Positions 1-12,790 of a DNA stretch of 64,000 nt are shown here, in pieces; the first letter of the stretch is position 1; each line of letters begins with the position of its first letter. Below the pieces are notes generated by a model that did no database searches, was not told where the DNA came from, and was given only the letters and a program-made list of their open reading frames with translations. The position numbers and the translations under genes were made by a program. The DNA comes from Lytechinus pictus (lineage: Eukaryota), in assembly GCF_037042905.1 (NCBI RefSeq), contig NC_087250.1, positions 15,378,001-15,442,000 on the forward strand, given 5' to 3'.

Positions 1-3000
1 AATACGCATATCTGCCAAGTAAGAAAGGATAAGCATCAATAATAAGGAAATAAGAGCAAGTTCAAGTTGTGCTGGCATTATAGTGCATTTTTGCGTATTT
101 TGCTGATTTTCGGGAGCATTTTTCAGATATTTGGTCAGTAGTAAGGTATATATTTTTCTAAATGGCATGAAAGGGCATATCTTTAACACCCTAAATCTAA
201 AAAAGGGTACGGGTTTGGCCATGCATGACGCAATGAGGAGCATTCAAACGTAAGCGTTTTTGAAACTTTAGAGGGCGCTATTTCAATACCGGAAGGTCAA
301 TGATGCGTGAAAACTAACTCGTAAGTATGATATGTTGCCTGTAATAAGTCCTGAAAATATTAGATCGAATTGAATAAAAACAAGAAAGTTATGGCCATTT
401 TAGGATTTTTTGACTTTACATTTCAATAAATATGAAATTTTTGAAGGAAGGCTATTTCGGATTTGAATTTAGGGCATGAAGATGGCATTTTGAAGGTCAG
501 GTTATACGTCGCAAATGATGGAGCAACTCTTTGACTATCTATAGGAATTTGTTAGAAGTTTGTAGCATGCAGGATGCGGGAGTTAGGACGAGATAAGTAA
601 TGGTATGCAAATGGACTTGAAATTTACAAAATGGCACCTTGATGGTCATGCATGAGTGATTTTGGAAAATGGAAGACGAGGTGCACAACTAGGGATGCTG
701 GACAACATGTCTACAAAGTTTGGATTAATTTGGATGAGGGACGGAGCCAGGGTAGAGCTAACAAAAACCATGTGTTAAACAAATGGGATTTTGTGGAAGA
801 AGCAGAAGAAGAAGACTAGAACTGCAATCGTTTCAGAACGATGTGCATGCATTGACGCGTCTGATTGAAAGGTCAACTCCACCTCAGAAAAATGTTGATT
901 TGAATCAATAGGGAAAATTCAGACAAGCGCAATGCTGAAAATTTCATCAAAATCGGATTTAAAATAAGAAAGTTATGACATTTCAAAGTTTCGCTTATTT
1001 CTAACAAAATAGTTTTAATTATGAACGAGCCAGTTACATGCAAATGAGAGAGATGATGATGTCACTCACTCAAAATGGTGCATGCACTGTCATGCATGAA
1101 TGATTTTAGAAAATGAAATAAGAGGTACACAATAATGCATCATGGACAACATGTCTACCAAATCGGAATGATATGGATAAGCATACACATTTCCCTGACA
1201 GTTCATTAACGTAACTCAGTGTAAAGTACATAGCAGAACGATGTGCATGCATAATACGTTATGCCATAGACATTGTGTACAATTCTGTTGTTGATAATGT
1301 GTGCATTCTGAGTAGTATAACATGTGTTCAGATTGGCTTATCTTGAAATTTTCTGTTGTAACCTATGTCATATTTGGTATCACTGGAAAGAGCATTCAAA
1401 TGCGGTGACATTGATACCCCTTTTATTTGTGCTCAAGCAATAGACCGGAAGTAAATGCCATATAAAGAAAAACATTAAAAATGAAGGTTTTGCACAATAA
1501 TTTTAAGCTGACGTCAGATTTTTGTCAGTTTCTGTCACAAAAGGTTAACGAACGGTTGAAGTATATATCAATACTCATATCTGCCAAGTTAGAAAGGATA
1601 AACTTCAATAATAAGGAAATAAGAGCAAGTTCAAGTTGTGCTGGCATTATAGTGCATTTTTGCGTATTTTGCTGATTTTCGGGAGCATTTTTCAGATATT
1701 TCGTCAGAGGTAAGGTATATTTTTTTCTAAATGGCATGAAAGGGCATATCTTGAACACCCTAAATCTAAAAAAGGGTACGGGTTTGGCCATGCATGACGC
1801 AATGAGGAGCATTCAAAGATAAGCGTTTTTGAAACTTTAGAGGGCGCTATTTCAGTAACGGAAATTCAGTGATGCATGAAAACTGAGTCCTATGTATGAT
1901 ATTGTACCAGTATCAATTCCTGCAAATATGAGCTCAAAATGAATAAAAACAAGAAAGTTATGGCAATTTTACGATTTTTTTACTTTACATTTCAATAAAT
2001 ATGACGTTTTTGAAGGAAGGCTATTTCGGATTTGAATTTAGGGCATGAAGATGGCATTTTGAAGGTCAGGTTATACGTCGCAAATGATGGAGCAACTCTT
2101 TGACTATCTATAGCAATTTGTTAGAAGTCTGTAGAATGCAGGATGCGGGAGTTAGGACGAGATTAGTAATGGTATGCAAATGGACTTGAAATTTACAAAA
2201 TGGCGCCTAGATGGTCATGCATGAGTGATTTTGAAAAAAGGAAGACGAGGGGCACAACTAGGGATGCTGGACAACATGTCTACCAAGTTTGGATGAATTT
2301 GGATGAGGGACGGAGCCAGGGCAGAGCTAACAAACACCATGTGTTAAACAAATGGGATTTTGTGGAAGAAGCAGAAGAAGAAGAAGAAGAAGACGACGGA
2401 ATAGGAATACGGAACAAGAACAATGCATTGTCGCCAGTGGGCGTCAATGCAAAGACGACGGAATAGGAATACGGAACAAGAACAATGCATTGTCGCCATT
2501 GGGCGTCAATGCAACTAGAACTGCAATCGTTTCCGAACGATGTGCATGCATTGACGCGTCTGATTGAAAGGTCAAGTCCACCTCAGAAAAATCTTGATTT
2601 GAATCAATAGGGAAAAATCAGACGAGCACAATGCTGAAAATTTCATCTAAATCGGATGTAAAATAAGAAAGTTATGACATTTCAAAGTTTCGCTTATTTT
2701 TAACAAAATAGTTATATGAACGAGCCAGTTACATCCAAATGAGAGAGATGATGATGTCACTCACTCAAAATGGCGCATGCACTGTCATGCATGAATGATT
2801 TAAGAAAATGAAATAAGAGGTACACAATAATGCATCATGGACAACATGTCTACCAAATCGGAATGAATTTGGATGAGGAGCGGAGGCAGGGGAGGACTAA
2901 CAAAAATTACATGTTAATCAAATTGCATTTTGGTATATTTTGCGCCCCATAGGAAGCTACATTCTCGAGTCAACCATTTTAGACCATATGGCCCCCCATA

Positions 3001-4392
3001 AGTTAAGTTCGTTTTTGCGTGAAACAGATCCCATAGACATTGTGTACAATTCTGTTGTTGATATTTGTGCATTGTGACTAGTATACCATGTGTTCAGATT
3101 GGCTTATCTTGAAATTTTCTGTTGTAACCTATGTCGTATTTAGTATCACTGGAAAGAGCATTCCAATGCGGTGACATTGATACCACTTTTATTTTTGCGC
3201 AAGCAATAGACCGGAAGTAAATGCCATATAAAGAAAGACATTAAAAATAAAGGTTTTGCACAATAATTTTAAGCTGACGTGAGCTCTATGTCAGTTTCTG
3301 TCACAAAAGGTTGACGAACGGTTAAAGTATATATCAATACTCATATCTGCCAAGTTAGAAAGGATAAGCATCAATAATAAGGAAATAAGAGCAAGTTGAA
3401 GTTGTGCTGGCATTATAGTGCATTTTTGCGTATTTTGCTGATTTTCGGGAGCATTTTTCAGATATTTCGTCAGTGGTAAGGTATATATTTTTCTAAATGG
3501 CATGAAAGGGCATATCTTGAACACCCTAAATCTAAAAAAGGGTACGGGTTTGGCCATGCATGATGCAATGAGGAGCATTCAAACGTAAGCGTTTTTGAAA
3601 CTTTAGAGGGCGCTATTTCAATACCGGAAGGTCAATGATGCGTGAAAACTTACTCGTAAGTATGATATGTTGCCTGTAATAATTCCTGAAAATATTGGCT
3701 CGAATTGAATAAAAACAAAAAAGTTATGGCCATTTTAGGATTTTTTTGACTTTACATTTCAATAAATATGAAGTTTTTGAAGGAAGGCTATATCGGATTC
3801 GAATTTAGGGCATGAAGATGGCATTTTGAAGGTCAGGTTATACGTCGCAAATGATGGAGCAACTCTTTGACTATCTATAGGAATTTGTTAGAAGTTTGTA
3901 GCATGCAGGATGCGGGAGTAAGGACGAGATTAGTAATGGTATGCAAATGGACTTGAAATTTACAAAATGGCGCCTTGATGGTCATGCATGAGTGATTTTG
4001 GAAAATGGAAGACGAGGTGCACAACTAGGGATGCTGGACAACATGTCTACAAAGTTCGGATGAATTTGGATGAGGGACGGAGCCAGGGTAGAGCTAACAA
4101 ACACCATGTGTTAAACAAATGGGATTTTGTGGAAGAAGCAGAAGAAGAAGAAGACGACGGAATAGGAATACGGAACAAGAACAATGCATTGTCGCCATTG
4201 GGCGTCAATGCAAAGACGACGGAATAGGAATACGGAACAAGAACAATGCATTGTCGCCAGTGGGCGTCAATGCAAAGAAGACGACGGAATAGGAATACGG
4301 AACAAGAACAATGCATTGTCGCCGTTGGGCGTCAATGCAAATAGGAATACGGAACAAGAACAATGCATTGTCGCCGTTGGGCGTCAATGCAA
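1..4392 (-). mobile_element. Head-to-tail tandem array (2 units plus 1 partial, ~1.7-1.9 kb each) of a non-autonomous Helentron/Helitron-like element
   Basis: The same sequence recurs near 8, 1578 and 3344 (ATATCTGCCAAGT). On the - strand a complete unit starts TTGCATTGACGC (subTIR) followed by a (CTT)n tract, and ends GCGTCAATGCA + hairpin ATCGTTC..GAAACGAT + CTAG (CTAG at 816-819 and 2515-2518). Units: <1-815, 816-2514, 2515-4392. Confidence 0.7.
4153..4392 (+). repeat. ~59-bp tandem repeat (4 copies here; 2 copies at ~2393-2514) made of the element's terminal module
   Basis: Repeated (GACGACGG)AATAGGAATACGGAACAAGAACAATGCATTGTCGCCRKTGGGCGTCAATGCAA. Confidence 0.9.
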
Positions 4393-5035
4393 TAAGGAGG
4401 AGGATGAAGAATGAGGGGACAGGAGCAGAGGTTGAGAATAGCAGAGGATGGAGAATTAGATGAAGGATACTTTTCTAAGGAAATCAAGACTCATGTACAT
4501 GTAAGGCACTACATTTTTTTTGCAGAACTGCATTTTATTCATAAATCAATGACAAATTAACAACTTCATACAATGATATAAACAAAAAAATTATGTGACA
4601 ATCGAAAAGATAAATGATTTTATAATAGATAGTTAAGCATGATATAACAGTGGCGGATCCAGGGGGCACATCCGGCTGAATATAAATATGCCGTTCATAA
4701 AACGGTGTCCCCCCCCCCCCCTTTGAGAGTCAAAGCCATTTTCTTTAACGAAAATATGTCGTTCATCCACAAGTGAAAACTTTTTTTTTTTTGCTTGTAA
4801 AATTTTACGTGGACACAATGACTCGGTTTTTAAGTGAATTTTTTTCTTTCTTTTTGGAAAATCCCGGGTCGACCCCTGGCATCTAAAATAGTAATATTCC
4901 ATCACGTGTGTGTGTGTGTGTCTTTAAGTTGTGAAATACTGAATAAGTTATGTGAATGTGTACAGAATGATGCAAAGTGCTTTTTCTTAAGACGGAATAT
5001 CGTTTCTATTCTTGACTTACAAAATTTAAGTTTAA

Positions 5036-5642
5036 AGGACAAGTCCACTCCAACAAAAAGTTTATTTGAATACAAAGAGAAAAATCTACCAAAAAAACAC
5101 TGAACATTTCATCAAAATCAGATGTAAAATAAGAAAGTTATGACATTTTAAAGTTTCGCTTAATTTTACAAAACAGTTATATGCACATCCTGGTCTTTAT
5201 GCAAATGGGGAGACTGATGACGTCATCCACTCACAATTTCTTTTGTATTTTATTATATGAAATATTCTAATTTTCTCCTCATTGCCAAGTGAAACAACTA
5301 TATTAATTCCTCCCTGAACATGTGAAATTAGCATTGTTTACTTTCTTTCTACCTCCATGGTTTAATACTATATGGTTCAGTCAAGTCGGTCCTTATTGTC
5401 AAATTTGTAAAAAATGAAATATTGTATAATTCAAACAATAAAAAACAAAAGAAATAGTGAGTGAGGGACATCATCGACTATCTCATTTGCATGTCACTCA
5501 GTTGTGCATCACTGTTTTGTGAAAAATAATCGAAACTTTAAAATGTCATAACTTTCTTATTTTACATCCGATTTTGATGAAATTTTCAGTGTTGTGCTAG
5601 ATTGATATTCAAATCAACATTTTTCTGGGGTGGACTTGACCT
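5036..5642. mobile_element. TTAA-flanked MITE (Kolobok/T2-like), family A
   Basis: TTAA|AGGACAAGTCCAC ... GTGGACTTGACCT|TTAA, with long imperfect inverted arms. An inverted copy lies at 56509-57098, and fragments sit inside the 1-4392 array. Confidence 0.85.
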
Positions 5643-5739
5643 TTAAACATAAAAATCAAACTATTGTATGATAGTTTATAAAATGGCAATAATGTCAGTC
5701 TAAGCATGGACCTATCACCAATAGGTCCATGGTCTCAGG

Positions 5740-5940
5740 AAAATTTTCAGTTTATCAGTACGTGTTATGAAAGTATTACCCCATGCGACGTTACAATAAG
5801 TCACATGTGTTTGCACTAATTCATTTATATCAAGGAGATATGATACCTCCTTGAATATACAAAGTAAGTAAGACAATTTCGGGCAAGATATGACGTAACC
5901 TACCGATAACGCCGACATTTAATTCGAGAAACCTTGGCAG
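5740..5940 (-). pseudogene. Degraded LINE (L2/CR1/Crack-like) ORF2 fragment, C-terminal to the RT domain
   Basis: Frameshifted - strand peptides KVSR / NVGVIGRLRHILPEIVLLTLY / LVQTHVTYCNVAWGNTFITRTDKLKI resemble the post-RT motif of these LINEs (recognised by eye, no search run). Confidence 0.7.
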
Positions 5941-7069
5941 GACTCTCACTGGAAAAAGACAAGTCCAAGATTTGTGTAGGGTGATTCGAAGCCTCCGAAA
6001 CAGCCTTATCGTCATTCCCATTGCCCTCTCGCGTCCGTTGCACAAGTACTGACAAAAAATAAAAATAAAATAAAATTCGCAGGCCAGCTGGCAGGCATGA
6101 GCGCATTTATGTGGGGGTGGCTTGAATACCCCCAGCCGTTGGCGTACCTAGGATTTTCCAAAGGGGGGTAAATTCGTCCGCCCCCCCCAAAAAAAAGGTC
6201 TTCAACTGCAAGTTAAGGAAATTTCGCACCAGAAAAAAAATTGACAAGAAAAAAAAAAAAAAAAAAAGGTCTTCAACCGCAAGTAAAGGACATTTCGCGA
6301 CAGAAAAAAAATTGACAGGAAAAAAAAATGATGGTCTTCAACCACAAATAAAGAACATTTCGCAAAATTGAAAAGCAAAAAAAAAAAAAAAAAAAAGGTC
6401 TTCAAGTTCAAAGGAGGGGCCCACTAAGCTCGTCAGGGATCAGTTTTGACTCGTGTCTGCGCGTCTTTACATAGATTTCTTTTTAACAAAAATGGCAATA
6501 CTCTCATCTTTTTTTCGAAGTCTATATCGCATCTTTTCAAGCATCATTTCAAAGACGATATTAGTCGAGAAAAGTCTTATGAAATACTTCCTGATTGTAC
6601 AGGAATAACGTTAAGGTGTTGTTCTCAATAAATATATAATTTTTCTTCATTTTCATGTCAACATTTGGAGTAAATTCACCTAGAAAGAATGATGAAATCA
6701 ACGTCGCGGAGATAAAATAGCCCCGACCCTCTTTTAAGTTTATTCTATTTTTTCTTCAAAGTAACGTGGGCGCAAGCACATCATTCGCGTTGCAATGGCC
6801 AGATACGCGATGGGTATGTCTACGCAGGCATTGTTCTGTTGCGTATCATCTATAGATACGCAAGATAAAATTTATATGCAAGATAAAATTGAAAATTTTA
6901 TCTGAGAGATAAAATGTCATCTCAGAATACCAATTTCATTTTAAGAGATAAAATAAAATATTTTAAAGATAAAATGACCTCAGAATACCGCCCCAGGGAT
7001 TTTTTTTTTCAATTCCCTACCAAATTTCTTAAAGTGGTAAAATAAATCTCTCTGATTAACAATGACTGC

Positions 7070-7226
7070 TATGTCGCCATCTACGGTGAATGAATGACCA
7101 GTATTGTCAATAACATGGCGGAAGCTGCGACGGCGTCCAAAATGATATTTTTTCCTCTCTAATTTCTGCTGTTAGACCACCAAGAATAGGAAATATATTT
7201 GGAATTTAACATCGACACGAGAAGCC
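7070..7226 (+). promoter_or_regulatory. Putative promoter/5' UTR of the ARHGAP39-like gene
   Basis: Locally CpG-containing sequence just upstream of the start exon, with a YY1-like AACATGGCGG (7112-7121) and a CTCF-like GTCGCCATCTACGG (7073-7086). The TSS cannot be determined from sequence. Confidence 0.45.
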
Positions 7227-7237
7227 ATGAGCGATAG
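7227..7237 (+). CDS. ARHGAP39: ARHGAP39/Vilse-like RhoGAP, coding exon 1 (MSD-R)
   Basis: GCC-ATG-AGC-GAT-AG|GTAAGA: good start context and a strong donor. The phase-2 end fits the next exon, giving MSDRVEWVEII. Confidence 0.75.
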
Positions 7238-7622
7238 GTAAGAAATTCAGTGTTATTTGTAATTCGTATTGGTCAAAGAATAGAAGAGAAAACGGTTTTT
7301 TTATCAGTTGAGTCCCGAGAAAATCGATTGACTCACTCGGGCCATCCAGTCGGGGACTGTCCCGATTTCGTTTCGAAAGACGAAATTCCATTAATTTGGG
7401 TTTCCACTTCAGTTCCCAAATATACAAATTCTCTCTGATGAACTTGCAGCTTTCATATTTCATTGATAATTTTGCAATATGACTTGGGAAATCGAGTATA
7501 CTGGCTACTTTATGTCGTGATTCAGTTTTCACAGATCAGACGCAGTCTCCCGCGACAGGACTCGGGTCAGTCGGGAGCCTTCCCCGCAGCGCTGCTGGAT
7601 CGGCGAAGCCGACCAAGGCCAA

Positions 7623-7660
<38 letters not shown>

Positions 7661-8153
7661 CGATGCCCTGAATTAGGCGACAGGGTTTGTCTTTCAGTTG
7701 AATTAAGTCTAGATCTAATCAATGTATCATGTATGTGCACAAAATTTATTTGAAATTGCTTTCTTTCCCTAGACAGCTGGCAGCCGTCTGTTTTGAGGAG
7801 TTTTTAAAATAAAAATTTAAAAATTTTGTTCCTGCTCGACCTAGGCTAGAGTCTAGACCTAGTAGTAGTAGTACACACTCACAGACAGCTTGCGATCGTG
7901 CAGCCGCCATTAGGGGTTAACAATGCCAAATCCCCCGACGGGGCTCAACAAATCCTGTCTTTCATAAAAATATACAAAAAGAATGAGACCAAAATAAACT
8001 AGATTATTAGACCCTATTCTGTTTTGGCCTGAAATGCACCAAAACGGGAATAACCAAACTTAAAAGGAAAAAAAAACAGTGACTTACTTTGGCTGTCATG
8101 CAACTCCCACTTCCCTGGTTTATCCGAACTTCATTTATATGGCCATTGAGTCC

Positions 8154-8810
8154 CTGTATGGCAGTGAGTCCAAACTTCGCGCGTGTCCATACTTCGCGGA
8201 CGGTCATTATCTAAAAAACTAGCCAATATCCTTGAAATCTGACATCATCAACGTGAAAAGCGACCTAAAATTACCCTTTGGTGTAAGTTTCTTTAGGATG
8301 AGTTCAGTATTCATGAAAATATTGGCAAAAGATCGGCAAATTTGTCACCGTTAGCGCCCGTTTTGAAGAAATCTGATATTCTCAACAAGCATCACGATAA
8401 CACCATTTTGCAAGCAGAAATCATCAAAAATGTGAGTTAAATGTGGTACTAACCAATTCTATAGCATTTTGCCATCAATCTGATATAAATATTTCACTTT
8501 TTGAGCTTGAGTTTTTGTTTAAATGTCCACAAAAACTTTGGTCCGCGAAGTTAGGTCACACTTTTTCTGAACGTTTTCCAACACAGCGCGCATTCGCCGA
8601 TCGGAATAGAATTTTGAGATCGCGATACCGGCGAATTCCCTTGACCTACTTTACATTTTCGTCCATGATTTTATAGTTTACGATCTTGCCGTCAATGTGG
8701 TAACTATTTCTTGAATTGGTTTTGTATAATTTATGAATATTTTGTGAAAAAATTTAAACCTGATAAGTATTTTTGAAAAGTGCGCGAAGTTTGGACACCC
8801 CATCATACAG
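8154..8810. mobile_element. MITE with ~29-bp imperfect TIRs, possibly MULE-like
   Basis: CTGTATGGCAGTGAGTCCAAACTTCGCGC ... GCGCGAAGTTTGGACACCCCATCATACAG; flanks ATTGAGTCC / ATTGAGTGA (7 of 9 match). Confidence 0.7.
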
Positions 8811-10053
8811 ATTGAGTGAGAATTTCGGTCTCTTTAACTGGTGAGTGGAGCCAACTTAGTTCAGCGGAACAACCAAACAGAGACCGAAGCTTTTGGTCTA
8901 TCTTGTCCGGACAAATGAAAGGCGGTAATTATTAGCCTTGAGGACTCCATGATGATGTTTTTAAATATATACAACAAACTTTGTTTCCCATGGCAATGAG
9001 GAAAATATGAAAATATTTCATTATTCATTTTTTTAAATAATAAAATACAAAAGAAATAGTGAGTTGATGACGTCATCAGTCCGCTCATTTGCATAACGGC
9101 CAGGATGTGTACCATGTACAGACCTGAGATGATGAGGATTCTGTACACTATAAAATAGTATGGTAGTGGATCGTATTACCAAACACTTCATGAATTCAAT
9201 CTATCAAACACATTATTCTCATGAAATTCACCAAACTTTCACCATAAATACGCAGTTACCTACAAAATATAAATATGTAAAAATTTTGCCGAAATTGGTT
9301 TTCGTTTTAACGATATTCGCTTCCAATTGGACCTCTCTTCGCATGTGAAATATTTTGGTCACTTGAAAAAGGTACCAGTATTTACCGAAAGTGTGTTTTC
9401 TATGGGAAAATTTGAGAAAACAACAAAATCATTAATGAGCTATTTTGACCATATTTTACTATTTTTAGAATATGAAGACTTTGAAAATGTGTTTTTGACC
9501 ATTTTTCATCATCTTTCTATTCAAGTTCTCTTTGGAAGGATGTTGCAAAATTTTGAGCGTATGAAATTATTTTCTGACGCGTATGATGCGCACGTTCGGT
9601 AATACAAGGCCGGTCGGTAATACAATCATACTTGACAGATAAGTTTGTCAAACCTCCAGTTGTGTGTTCTTTTTTTTGTTTTTTTTGGTTAAAAACTACA
9701 TGTAATATATCACCAAATACCCATAAGGATGAACTTCCCCTTTAAGGTGTGTACTGTGAAGCTATTCTGGAAGCCACTTATTAAACACTCAATCAGTGCC
9801 GGAAAGAGAAAGAGGAAGAGTTTCAGTCAAGTTTCAGCAATTAAAGTTTGGCAGGAACTAACCCTAAAACTGCAGCAGAGAGATGTGTACTTTCAAAATG
9901 TGTTAATTGGCAAAATAAGTGGTTCTTTAATGTTAATACTTTTCCAAGAAATTGTTTACCTCCTACACTGTAGTACAGGGATACAGACTTGGACACAGTG
10001 TACACTTTACCATCTTGCCTTGACTTCTGGTTTGGCTGTTGATACAACATTAA

Positions 10054-10693
10054 AAGGGATGCTCCGGGCTGAAAATATTTTATCAAATAAATACTGTAAA
10101 ATTCACAAAGCAAAATGCCGAAAATTTCATCAAAATCTGATAACAAAAAGTGAAGTTGATATGGAATTATAAAGTTTAGCAAGATATTGTGAAAACAGTT
10201 ACATGCACATCATCATGAATATTCATTAGATTTAGATGGACTGATAAAAGGTGCACATCCCCACTTTCCTTTTTCTTACATGTATGTTATTACATATATA
10301 TGTAAAAATGAAATCATAATTTTTTTTTATACATGTTTGAATGATGTCTCCCTAGTAATGAAATGAGTTGCAGCTACAATGTATGAATCTAATGCATCAA
10401 TAATCAGTTATTCCAATATTCTTGGTTCTTGAAGGAACAAATAAAACCTACTGTACATGTACATGTAATTTCATATCATAAAATACAAAAGAACAAGTGG
10501 GGATATGGCATCAGTTGCTCATTGAATATTCATGAAGACATGCCTAGAACTGCTTCACCGGAATCATGCAAATCTTTAAAATGCCATAACTTTGTTATTC
10601 CTTCTCCAATTTTGATAAAATTTTCATTGTTTTGTTTGTCAGGTTTTTCTTGATCTGTTCAAATCATATCAGCCTGGAGTACAATGTACCCCT
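10054..10693. mobile_element. TTAA-flanked Kolobok-like MITE
   Basis: TTAA|AAGGGATGCTCCGGGCTGA ... TCAGCCTGGAGTA(CAATGTA)CCCCT|TTAA; shares the internal AAATTTCATCAAAATC motif with family A. Confidence 0.7.
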
Positions 10694-11308
10694 TTAACAG
10701 TGTTTTGAATGGGGATTTTCCTCTTTCAAGCATTTTGGGGCGAAATTGCCATGAGCCTCCGTGTGATTTTCCCCTGATGTTCGCAATTTTGTTATCAGTC
10801 ACCTTCCTCATAAATTTGATGAGACATACTTTGTTGTTTTTATAGGGTTTTCTTTTTTTGCTCCCCCTTCTGTTTATTGTCAGTGTATCAGTGTAGTGAG
10901 GGTGACAAGCGATTTCAGATCATTTCACCCCTAAATGACAGCCCAAATTGCCCCTAAAATCCCCCATACATGATTTGGGGCGACTATTCTTTCCCCAAGA
11001 TCTGTCATCATCAATATTCAAGATTATTTAGAAAATCAATATTCTATTTCCAGCTACTGTACATGCATGGCAGAATAATGATATGTGCCACTGCATAATT
11101 GCATTTTACTTCTATTGTAGCCCTTATTTTCTGCAAGCACTCCAATGTGTAAAAAAAATAACCCCTGAAAAGGCTGAAATGAAAATTATTTCCTACACGT
11201 ATCCTGCAGTGTACGTCTTACAATCCTTTTTAGTTTTTTTAGAATGTTCATAATTTTGTTTATCAAAACTTGACTTTTCTCCTGTTGTTTTTATTTTCAT
11301 ATATGCAG

Positions 11309-11410
11309 GGTAGAATGGGTGGAGATAATAGAACCCAAAACACAGCGGCCCATGTACGGCAATCTCAGGACGGGAGAGCTGGCATGGGAACCACCCTCAA
11401 GCGCAAAAGT
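11309..11410 (+). CDS. ARHGAP39: ARHGAP39/Vilse-like, coding exon 2 (first WW domain)
   Basis: Pyrimidine-rich tract and TGCAG acceptor, GTAAGT donor; 102 nt, phase 2-2. Encodes VEWVEIIEPKTQRPMYGNLRTGELAWEPPSSAK, matching the ARHGAP39 N-terminal EWVEIIEP...MY.NL.TGE..W.PP motif. Confidence 0.93.
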
Positions 11411-12259
11411 GTAAGTTTGTTTTTGTTGAATTGTTTTGATTTTAATACGAAGTTCCACGGTGAAGGCATGGCTCGATATTAGCAGTGGCCCGAGGCAACC
11501 AATACTGAGAGTCGGGCCACCAAAATTCTGTAAAAACCCAGTAGTGGTGCGGCCGGGCTGCCAAAGTTTTGATATAAATTGTTTTGTTTTTTGTTGTCTT
11601 TAGGCCACCAAGAATATTAAGTCGATGATTTTGGTGGACCGATCGGGCCACCAAGAAACAGGGGTGTGAGAGTTCAGATTTTTATCTGATTTCAGATTTT
11701 TTTGTTTTGATTTTCAGCTTAATTTCAGCTTATTTTTTGCCTTCCTCTGTCCAAAAAGTATGGGAGCTCTTTCTATTTCAGACTTTTTCAACACTCTTCA
11801 GCTTTTTTCAGATCTTTTTATGTGTGACCACTCACACCTCTGAAGAAAACAAGTTTAGTGTGGAGTCCTATGGGGGGGGGGGTAGTGGAGGAAATGGAAT
11901 GGGGAGAATGAGGAGAGGAGACTGAATGTAGAAAGTGTGTTTAATACTAGCAGGAAAGGGACTGAGAGGGGATGAGGAAGGATGGAGCAGGGATGAAAAG
12001 AAGGGAGTGAAACAGAGAGAGAGAGAGGGAGAGTGAGGTTGGGGAGGGGTGTATTCCCTGGTAGCATGTACACATGTGTAGGAGGCTGCTACATGTATTT
12101 TAATGTACCGGTATTCAGGGCTGTAAATAGATGTTGTCATTCATGGATGCGAAGGAGAGTTTTTTACATTCTGTACTGATGTTGGAATCACACTTCTTGA
12201 TCGGCCTACCCCAAATCGGATGGAGTCTTTTTTTGTGTGATGGCAACGCGATGTTTCCA

Positions 12260-12790
12260 TACTGCACACGTACATGTACATGTACACACCTACATGTACA
12301 TACAGGTACATGTATGGTGTAATGCACATACATGTACATGTAAGTTTTGTTATATGCCTACAGTATTCATGTACACGTGTACATGTACAATGACTGCAAA
12401 TAATGAAAGGGAGACAGATTTTTAGGCCTGTACACTGTACATACAGTACATGTATTTTGCACAATCCCTGCATACACTGTACACTGCAGTGCCAGTATAC
12501 TAGTCTGTATACTGTACTGCTTGTGCAGTTTCTGTGTACATGTATGTACATTGTACATGTGTTTGTGAAAATGATATTTGCAGATTTCTGTTCTGTTATT
12601 TTGCTTTCATACATGTACATGTACATGTACATGTAGATTGTCACCTTCTTCCATATTATGCCTGCATACATGTACATGTAGCCTACCTTGACATGTACAT
12701 GTACAAGTACTTGTACAGTACTTTTTACTTTAACATACATGTACATGTAGGCCTACACATATGTACAGGTGTACTGTATACTGCAAAGTT
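12260..12790. repeat. Low-complexity tract rich in (TACATG)n / TACAGTA / TACTGTA
   Basis: Directly visible; it produces the spurious MYMYMY/HVHVHV ORFs. Confidence 0.9.

Noticed and set aside
1525..3578. Duplicated 95-aa ORFs (MLLIASCMAKP...)
   Set aside because: They lie within the tandem repeat unit, show no recognisable domain, and their similarity reflects DNA duplication only.
2393..4392. ~59-bp palindromic repeats as CRISPR-like
   Set aside because: There are no variable spacers; they are tandem copies of a transposon terminal module.
7621..7660. Long poly-G runs (also 17752, 27756, 42476, 47786) as functional G-quadruplexes
   Set aside because: They are common homopolymers here with unreliable lengths, and there is no evidence of function.
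11270..11482. 70-aa ORF from the track
   Set aside because: It is the wrong frame over real exon 2; the conserved WW peptide is in another frame bounded by splice sites.
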